DNA of 64,000 nt from the human T2T-CHM13v2.0 reference genome, Homo sapiens, in the NCBI RefSeq assembly GCF_009914755.1, contig NC_060931.1, one strand, 5' to 3'. Both the position numbers and the translations under genes were made by a program. Below the pieces are notes generated by a model. It saw only the letters and a program-made list of their open reading frames with translations. It did not search any database and was not told the origin of the DNA. Position 1 is the stretch's first letter, and each line of letters begins with the position of its first letter. Of the stretch, positions 54,015 to 64,000 are shown in pieces.

Positions 54015-57000
54015 TTCCATTGCATTCCATTCCATTCCATTCCACTCGGGTTGATTCCATCCTATTCAATTCTATGCCATTACATTACATTCCGTTTCAT
54101 TCCATTCCGTTCCATTCGATTCCATTCCATTTCATTGCATTAAACCTGCATCGATACCATTCCATTCCATTCCATTCCACTCGGTTTGATTCCATTCCAT
54201 TCCATTCCATTCCATTCCATTCCATTCCAAGCCATTCCATTCCTTTCTTCTTGGGTAGATTCCATTCCATTCCATTCCGTTCCATTCCATTCCATTCCAT
54301 TCCATTCCATTCCATTCCATTCCATTCAACTCGGATTGATTCCATTCCATTCCATTTCATTGCATTCCATTCCATTCCATTCCATTCCATTCCATTCCAT
54401 TCCATTCCATTCCATTATATTCCATTCCATTCCATTCCATTCCATTCCATTCCATTCCATTATATTCCATTCCTTTCCATTCCATTCCACTCCATTCCAT
54501 TCCATTACATTCCATTCCATTCCATTATATTCCATTCCATTTCATTCCATTCCATTCCATTCCACTCGGGTAGATTCTATTCCATTCCATTCCATTCCAC
54601 TAAATTCCATTACATTCCATTCCACTCGGGTTGATTCGATTCCATTCCATTCCATTCCATTCCATTCCATTGCATTCCATTCCATACCTTTCCATTCTAA
54701 TCCACTACATTCAATTCCATTGCATCCTATTCCAGCTGTTTCCATTCCATTCCATTCCATTCCACTCTGGTTGATTCCATTCCATTCCAGTCAATTTCAT
54801 TCCATTCCATTCCATTCCATTCCATTCCATTCCTTTCCATTCCATTCCATTCCATTCTATTCCATTCCATTACACTCGGGTTAATTCTGTTCCATTCCAT
54901 TCCATTCCATTCCATTCCATTCCATTGCACTCGGGTTGATTCCATTCCATGCCATTCCATTCCATTCCATTTCACTCCTTTTCATTCGGGTTGTTTCCAT
55001 TCCATTCCATTCCATTCCATTCCATTCCATTCCAATCCATTCCATTCCGTTAAATTCCATAACATTCCATTCCATTCGGGTTGATTCCTTTCCATTCCAT
55101 TCCATTCCATAGCATTCCATTCCATTCCATTCCATTCCAATCCATTCAATTCGATTCCCTTGCATTCAATTCCAGTTGTTTCCATTCCATTCCATTCCAC
55201 TCCATTCCATTCCATTCCATTCCATTCCAATCGGGTTGATTCCATCCCATTCCATTCCTTCCCATTCCATTCCATTCCATTCCACTCGGGTGGTTCCATT
55301 CCATTAAATTCCATTCCATTCCACTCGTGTTGATTCCATTCCTTTCCATTCCATTCTATTCCATTCCGTTCCTTTCCATTCCATTAAGTTCCATTGCATT
55401 TCATTCTATTCAATTCCATTCCACTAGGGGTGATTCCATTTCATTCCAATCCATTCCATTCCATTCCATTCCAATCCATTCCATTCCATTCCATTTGGGT
55501 TGATTACATAAAATTCCATTGCATTCCATTCCACTCCATTCCATTCCACTGCATTCCATTCCAGACGGTTTGATTGCTTTCCATTCCAATCCTTTCCATT
55601 CCATTTCATTCCAGTTGATTCCATTCCATTCCTTTCCTTTCCATTCCATTCCATTCCATTTCTTTCCACTCTGGATGACTCCATTCCATTCCATTCCATT
55701 CCATTCCATTCCATTCCATTCCATTCCAAACCATTGCTTTCCAATCCACTCGGGTGGACTCCGTTGCATTCCACTCCATTCCATTCCATTCCATTCCATT
55801 CCATTTAATTCCATTCCATTCCATTCCATTCCATTCCATTCCATTCCATTCCATTCCATTTCATTCGGGTTGATTCCCTTCCATTCCATTCCATTCTACT
55901 CGATTTGATTCCATTCCATTCCATTTCATTCCATTTCAATCCATTCCTTCCATTCCAATGCATGCAATTCCTTTCCAATCCATTCCACTCGGGTTGATTC
56001 CATTCCATTCCGTTACATTCCATTCCATTCTATTCCATTCCATTCCACTCGGGTTGATTCCATTCCTTTCCATTCCATTGCATTCCATTCCATTCTATTC
56101 CATTCCATTCCACTCGGATTGTTTCCATTCCATTCCATTCCATTGCACTCGGGTTGATTACATTCCATTCCATTATATTCCATTCCATTTCTTTCCACTG
56201 GGGTTGTTTCCATTCCATTCCATTACATTCCATTCAATTCCATTCCATTCCTTTCCACTGGGGTTGTTTCCATTCCATTCCATTCAATTCCATTTCATTC
56301 CACTCCATTAGATTCAATTCCATTCCACTCCATTCCATTCCATTCCATTCCATTCCATGACATTCCATTCCACTGAGGTTGATTCTATTCCATTCCATTA
56401 CATTCCATTAAATTCCTTTCCATTCCATTCAGGTTGATTCCATTCCATTCAACAACTTACCATTCCATTCCATTCCATTCCACTTTGGTGATTCCATTCC
56501 ATTAAATTCTATTCCATTCCATTCTATTCCATTCCATTCCATTCCATTCCATTCCACTCATGTTGATTAAATTTCTTCCCATTGCATTCCATTCCATTCC
56601 ATTCCGATCCGTTCCGCTCCATTCAATTCCATTGTATTCCCTTCCATTCCCCTTGGTGTGATCCCATTTCATTCCATTCCATTACATTGCATTCCAGTGC
56701 ATTCAATTCCATTCCATTCCACTCCAGTTGATTCCATTCCTTTCCATTCCATTCCATTCCATTCCATTCCCCTCCACTCGGGTTGATTCCATTCCATTCC
56801 TCTGCATTCCATTCCATTCCATTCCATTCCATTCCACACAATTCGATTCCATTCCATTCCATTCCATTCCATTCCATTCCATTCCATTCCATTCATCTCG
56901 GGTTTATTCCATTCCATTCCATGCCATTTCATTTCATTCCATTCCATTCCACTGTGCTTGATTCCATTCCATTCCATTCCATTCCATTCCACTCGGGTTG

Positions 57001-60000
57001 ATTCCATTCCTTTCCATACCATTCCTTTCCATTCCATTCTATTCCATTCCACTCGGGTTGATTCCATTCCATTCCATTCCATTCCATTCCATTCCATTCC
57101 ATTCCATTCCATTCGGTTGCACTCTGTTTGATTACATTCCATTCTATTTCATTACATTCCATTTCATTCCATTTCATTGCTGTCGTCTTCATTCCATTCC
57201 ATTCCATTCCAATTCTTTCCATTCCACTCGGGTTGAGTCCATTCCATTCCATTCCATTCCATTCCATTCCATTGCATTTCATTCCATTCCATTCTATTCC
57301 ATTTCAATCGGGATGATTCCATTCCATTCCATTCCATTCCATTCCATACCATTATGGTAGATTCCATTCCATTCTTTTCCATTGTATTCCATTCCATTGC
57401 ATTGCATTCCATTCCATTCCATTCGGGTTGATTCCATTCCATTATATTCCATTCCATTCCATTCGGATTTGTTCCATTCCATTCCATTCCATTAAATTCC
57501 ATTCCATTCAATTCCGTTCCAATCGGGTTGATTCCATTCCACTCCATTCGATTCCAATCTATTCCACTCGGTTTCATTCCATTCCATTCCTCTCAGGTTG
57601 ATTTCATTCCATTCTTTTAAATTCTATTCCATTCCAATCCATTCCATTCCATTCCATTCCATTCCATGCCGTTCCATTCTACTCGGGTTGATTGCATTCC
57701 ATTCCATTGCATTCCATTCGACTCAGGTTGATTCCTATCCATTCCATTCCATGCCGTTCCATTCTACTCGGGTTGATTGCATTCCATTCCATTGCATTCC
57801 ATTCGACTCAGGTTGATTCCTTTCCATTCCATTCCATTCCATGCCATTCCCTTCCATTCCTTTCCGTTCCACTCGTTTTGATTCCATTCTATTGCATTTC
57901 ATTCCATTCCATTCCATTCCATTCCACTCGGGTTGATTCCATTCGACTCCATTCCATTAAATTCTATTTCATTCCATTAATCTCGGATTGATTCCGTTCC
58001 ATTCCATTCCATTCAAATCCATTGCATTCCATTCCAATCCATTCAACTCCATTCTCTTTCATTCCATTCCATTGCTTTCCATTCCTGTTGATTGCATTAC
58101 ATTCTATTCCACTCCATTCCATTCCACTCAGGTTGATTCCATTCCATTCCATTCCATTCCACTCGGTTTGATTTCACTCCACTGCATTCCATTCCTTTCC
58201 ATTCCAATCCATTCCATTCCATTCCATTCCATTCCATTCCATTCCATTCCATTCCACTCGGGTTGATTCCATTCCATTCCATTCCACTAAATTTTATTAT
58301 ATTCCATTGCATTCCATTACATTGCATTCCATTTCACTCGGGTTGGTTCCATTCCTTTCCATTCCATTCTATGCCATTCCATTCCATTCCATTCAATTAC
58401 ATTGCATTCCATTCCATTCCATACCATTCCATTCCATTCCATTCAACTCGGGTTGATTCCATTAAATTTCATTACATTCCATCCCACTCCATTCCATTCC
58501 ATTGCATACCATTCCAGTCAGGTTGATTCCATTAAATTCCAATCTATTCAATTACATTCCATTTCATTTGATTCCATTCCATTCCTTTCCACTCCGGATG
58601 ATTCCATTCCATTCCATTCCATTCCATTCCATTCCATTCCATTCCATTCCATTCCATTCCTTTCCATTCCAATGGATTCCTTTCCATTCCAATCGGGTTG
58701 ACTCCATTCCATTGCACTCCATTCCAATCTATTCCATTTAATTCCATTCCATTCCATTCTTTTCCATTTCATTCGGGTTGATTCCATTCCATTCCAATCC
58801 AGTTGATTCCATTCCATTCCATTCCATTCCATTTCATCCCTTTCCATTCCATTCCATTCCATTCCACTCAGGTTGATTTCAATCCATTCCATTGAATTCC
58901 CTTCAATTCCATTCCATTTCATTCCAATTGATTCCATTCAATTCCTTTCAATTCCATTCCATTCCATTCCATTGCATTCCATTCCATTCCACTCGTGTTG
59001 CTTTCATCCCATTCCATTCCATTCCATTCCATTCCTTTTCATTCCATTCCAATCCACTCGGGTTGCTTCCATCGCATTCCATTCCATTCCACTCCACTCG
59101 GGTTGATTCCTCCCATTCCTTTCCATTCCACTCTGGTTGATTCCGTTCCATTTCATTCCATTCCATTCCATTCCACTCCATTCCATTCCATTCTATTCCT
59201 TTCCTTTCGGTAGATTCCATTCCATTCCTTTGCATTCCATTCCATTCCATTCTATTTCACACGGTTTGATTCCATTCCATTCCATTCCATTCCATTCCAT
59301 TCCATTCCATTCCATTCCATTCCATTCTATTCCATTCCATTCCATTCCATTCCATTCCATTCCATTCTATTCCATTCCATTCCACTCGGGTTGATTCCAT
59401 TCGTTTCCATTCCATTCCATGCCATTTCATTCCAAACCATTCCATTCCGTATGTTCATTTCCATTCCATCCCATTACATTCCATTCCACTCGGGTGGATT
59501 TCATTCCATTCCGTTCCATTCCATTCCATTCTGTTCCATTCCATTCCACTCGTATTGATTCCATTCGTTTCCATTCCATTCCATACCATTCCATTCTATT
59601 CCATTCCATTCCATTCCACTCGGGTTTATTCCATTCCATTCCATTCCATTCCATTCTATTCCATTCCATTCCATTCCATTCCATTCCATTCCTTTCCTTT
59701 CCACTCGGGTTGTATTGATTCCATTAAATTCCATTCTATTCCATTCCTTTCCACTCGGGTTGATTCTGTTCCATTCCATTCCATTCCATTAAATTCCATA
59801 CCATTCCGTTCCATTAGGGTTGATTCCATTCCATTCCGTCCCATTCCATTCCATTCCAATCCATAGCATTCCATTCCATTCCATTCCATTCCAATTCATT
59901 CCATTCCATTCCATTGCATTCCACTCCAGTTGTTTCCATTCCAATCCATTCCACTCCATTCCATTCCATTCCAATAGTGGTGATTACATTCCATTCCATT

Positions 60001-63000
60001 CTAATAGTGCTGATTCCATTAAATTCCATTCCTTCCCATTCCATTCCTTTCCATTCCACTCAGGTGATTCCATTCCATTAAATTCAATTCCATTCCATTC
60101 CCTTCCATTCCATTCCATTCCATTCTACTCGTGTTGATTCCATTCCTTTCCATTCCATTCTATTCCATTCCAATCCACTCGGGTTGATTCCATTCGTTTC
60201 CATTCCATTCCATGCCATTTCATTCCAATCCATTCCATTCCTTTATGTTCATTTCCATTCCATTGCATTCCATTCCATTCCACTCGTGTTGATTCCATTC
60301 CATTCCTTTCCATTCCATTCCATTCTATTCCATTCCATTCCACTCGTTTTTGTTCCGTTCCATTCCATTCCATTCCATTCCATTCCATTGCATTCCGGTT
60401 TATTCCATTCCCTTCCATTCCATTCCTTTCCATTCCATTACATTCCATTACATTCTTTTCGTTTCCACTCGCGTTGTTTCGATTACATTAAATTCCAATA
60501 CATTCCATTCCTTTCCTCTCGGATTGATTCTATTAAATTCCATTCCATTCCATTAAATTCCATACCATTCAATTCCAGTAGGGTTTATTCCACTCTATTC
60601 CATTCCATTCCATTCCAATCCATAGCATTCCATTCCATTCCATTCCGTTCCAATCCATTCCATTCAATTCCATTGCATTCCACTCCAGTTGTTTCCATTC
60701 CATTCCATTCCACTCCATTCCATTCCATTCCAATAGTGCTGATTCCATTCCATTCCATTCCTTCCCATTCCATTCCTTTCCATTCCACTCAGGTGATTCC
60801 ATTCCATTAAATTCCATTCCATTCCATTCCATTCCATTCCATTCTTCTCGTGTTGATTCCATTCCTTTCCATTCCATTCTATTCCATTCCATTCTGGACC
60901 ATTCCGTTCCATTCCATTCCACTCGGGGTGATTCCATTTCACTCCATTTCATTCCATTGCATTCCATTGCATTCAATTCCATTCCATTTCACTGGGGTTG
61001 TTTCCATTCCTTTCCATTCCATTCCATTCCATTCCATTCCATTCCATTCCATTCCATTCCACTCTGGTGGATTCCATTGAATTCCTTTGGATTCCATTCC
61101 ATTCATTTCCATTCCATTCCATTCTTAGCCATTCCACTCGGGTTTATACCATTCCTTTCCATTCCATTCCATTCCATTCCATTCCACTCCATTCCACTGT
61201 GGTTGATTCCATTCCGTTCCATTCCATTTCATTCCCTTCCATTCAATTCAATTCATTTCGCTTTGATACCATTCCATTCCATTCCATTCCATTCCATTCC
61301 ATTCCATTCCATTCCATTTCATTCCATTCCCCTCCGGTTGATTCCATTCCTTTCCATTGCATTCCATTCCATTCCATTCCTTTCCACTCGGGTTGATTCC
61401 TTTTCATTCCATTCCATTGCACTCGGTTTGCTTCCATTCCATTCCATTCCATTCCATTCCACTCGGGTTGATTCCATTCCATTGCATTCCATTCCATTCC
61501 ATTCCATTGCATTCCATTCCATTGCATTCCATTCCACACGGGTTGATTCCATTCCATTCCATTCCATTGAATTACATGTCATTACATTACACGCGGGTTG
61601 ATTCCATTCCTTTCCATTCCATTCTATTCCATTCCATTGCATTCCATTCCATTCCATTCCATTCCGATCCATTCCGTTCCATTCCATTCCATTCTATTCC
61701 ATTCCATTCCACTCGGGGTGATTCCATTTCACTCCATTTCATTCCATTGCATTCCATTGCATTCAATTCCATTCCATTTCACTGGGGTTGTTTCCATTCC
61801 TTTCCATTCCATTCCATTCCATTCCATTCCATTCCATTCCATTCCATTACATTCCACTTGGGTTGATTCCATTCCATTGCATTCCATTTCATTCCATTCC
61901 ATTCCATTGCATTCCATTCCACATGGGTTGATTCCATTCCATTCCATTGCATTGAATTACATTTCATTACATTACACTCGGGTTGATTCCATTCCATTCA
62001 ATTCCTATCCATTGCATTCCATTCCATTCCATTCAACACCATTCCCTTTCATGCCTTTCCATTGCATTCCAATCCTGTTGATTCCCTTCCATTCCATTCC
62101 ACTCGATTCCATTCCAATTCATTGCCTTCCATTCCATCCCATTCCAGTCCACTCGGGTTGATTCCATTCCATTCCACTCCATTCCATTCCATTCCATTCC
62201 TTTCCATTCCACTCGGGTTGATTTCACTCCATTCCATTCCTTTCCATTCCATTCCATTCCATTACACTACATTATATTCCATTGCATTCCATTCCATTCC
62301 ATTCCATTCCATATCATTCGGGTTGATTAAATTCCTTTCCATTCCATTCCATGCCATTCCATTCCATTCCATTCCATTCCATTCCATTCCATTCCATTTC
62401 ATTCTTTTCGGGTTGATTCCATTCCATTCTATTCCATTCCATTCCACTCGGGTGGATTCCATTCCTTTCCAATCCATTCCATTAAATTCCATTCCATTCC
62501 ATTCCTTTCCATTCGGGTTGATTCTATTCCATTCCATTCCATTCCATTGAATTCCATACCATTCCTTTCCACTAGGGTTGATTCCATTCCATTCCATCCC
62601 ATTCCATTCCATTCCAATCCATAACATTCCATTCCATTCCATTCCGTTTCAATCCATTCCATTCCATTCCATTGCATTCCAATCCAGTTATTTCCATTCC
62701 ATTCCATTCCACTCCATTCCATTCCATTCCAATAGTGCTGATTCCATTCCATTCCATTCCATTCCAATAGTGCTGATTCCATTAAATTCCATTCCTTCGC
62801 ATTCCATTCCTTTCCATTCCACTCAGGTGATTCCATTTCATTAAATTCCATTCCATTCCATTCCATTCCATTCTACTCGTGTTGATTCCACTCCTTTCCA
62901 TTCCATTCTATTCCATTCCAATCCACTCGGGTTGATTACTTTCATTTCCATTCCATTCCATGCCATTTCATTCCAATCCATTCCATTCCTTTATGTTCAT

Positions 63001-64000
63001 TTCTATTCCATTCCATTCCACTCGGGTTGATTCCATTCCAATCTGTCCCATTCCATTCCATTCCTTTCCACTCGTTTTTTTTCCGTTCCATTCCATTCCA
63101 TTCCATTCCATTCCATTGCATTCGGGTTTATTCCATCCCCTTCCATTGCATTCCATTCAATTCCATTCCATTCCTTTCATTTCCACTTCGGTTGTTTCGA
63201 TTCCATTAAATTCCATTACATTCCATTCCTTTCCACTAGGGTTGATTCTATTAACTTCCATTCCATTCCATTAAATTCCATACCATTCCTTTCCAGCAGG
63301 GTTGATTCCATTCCATTCCATTCCATTCCATTCCATTCCATTCCTTTCCAGTCCATTCCATTCCATTTCATTGCATTCCTCTCCAGTTTTTTCCATTCCA
63401 TTCCATTCCACTCCATTCCATTCCATTCCAATAGTGCTGATTCCATTCCATTCCATTCCTTCCCATTCCATTCCTTTCCATTCCACTCAGGTGATTCCAT
63501 TCCATTAAATTCCATTCCACTGCATTCCATTCCATTCCATTCCACTCGTGTTGATTCCATTCCTTTCCATTCCAATCTATTCCATTCCATTGCATTCCAT
63601 TCCATTCCATTCCGACCCGTTCTGTTCCATTCCATTCCATTCTATTCCATTCCATTCCACTCGGGGTGAATCCATTTCACTCCATTTCATTCCATTGCAT
63701 TCCATTGCATTCAATTCCATTCCATTTCACTGGGGTTGATTCCATTCCTTTCCATTCCATTCTATTCCATTCCATTCAACTCGGGTGGATTCCATTGAAT
63801 TCCTTTGGATTCCATTCCATTCCATTCCATTCCATTCTATTCCATTCCATTCATAGCCATTCCACTCGGTTTTATACCATTCCATTCCATTCCATTCCAT
63901 TCCATTCCATTACATTCGATTCCATTCCATTCCATTCCCCTCTGGTTGATTCCGTTCCTTTCCATTGCATTTCATTCCATTCCATTCCTTTCCACTCGGG
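54015..64000 (-). repeat. Human satellite 3 (HSat3); CATTC on +, GGAAT strand on -
   Basis: (CATTC)n pentamers punctuated by CACTCGGGTTGATT, the reverse complement of the classical satellite III CAACCCGAGT element. Continues past the window end. Confidence 0.98.

Noticed and set aside
54010-54019. TGGAATTCCA as a heat-shock element or NF-kB site
   Set aside because: It lacks the 2-bp spacing of nGAAnnTTCn and the GGG/CCC ends of a kB site.
57661-57830. 85-bp tandem duplication in HSat3 (similar 101-bp-offset repeat at 45291/45392 in HSat2)
   Set aside because: Real, but ordinary local slippage within satellite.
27435-64000. Hundreds of ORFs of the MESNGIIEWN, MEWNG and FHSIP type
   Set aside because: These are translations of GGAAT/CATTC satellite, which lacks stops in some frames; there is no protein-like complexity.

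Overview
This is human pericentromeric DNA running from a segmental-duplication mosaic into classical satellite. There is no prokaryotic content and no intact host protein-coding gene. From left to right: (1) 1-3701, the 5' two-thirds of a primate LINE-1 (L1PA3-long/PA4-type) on the minus strand, with ORF1 and ORF2 disabled but antisense ORF0 open; (2) a CATTT/CAT compound repeat; (3) an unprocessed KSR1 exon-1/intron-1 paralogue on the minus strand, fused to a 1.5-kb CpG-rich (GGGGGCAAAAAGCCGCGGCGGC)n minisatellite; (4) a human-specific AluYb8 with target-site duplication; (5) about 18 kb of AT-rich DNA built from ancient repeats (AluJ, L1MB/L1ME, L2, ERVL LTRs, Tigger3); (6) from 27.5 kb, a short GGAAT/GGAGT tract containing an Alu 3' remnant, then about 26 kb of diverged HSat2 (GGAAT strand on +) with block duplications; (7) at 54014/54015, an abrupt strand and family switch centred on a perfect 16-bp palindrome, leading into HSat3 (CATTC on +) with an incipient ~2.7-kb higher-order period. 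From recall, the KSR1 fragment next to HSat2/3 suggests 10q11.21 (KSR1P1 region) in reverse orientation; this needs alignment to confirm. Almost all ORFs in the supplied track are translations of simple repeats. I found no new enzymatic system. The most notable items are structural: the convergent HSat2/HSat3 junction, the Alu remnant at the satellite edge, and the KSR1 exon behind a GC minisatellite.
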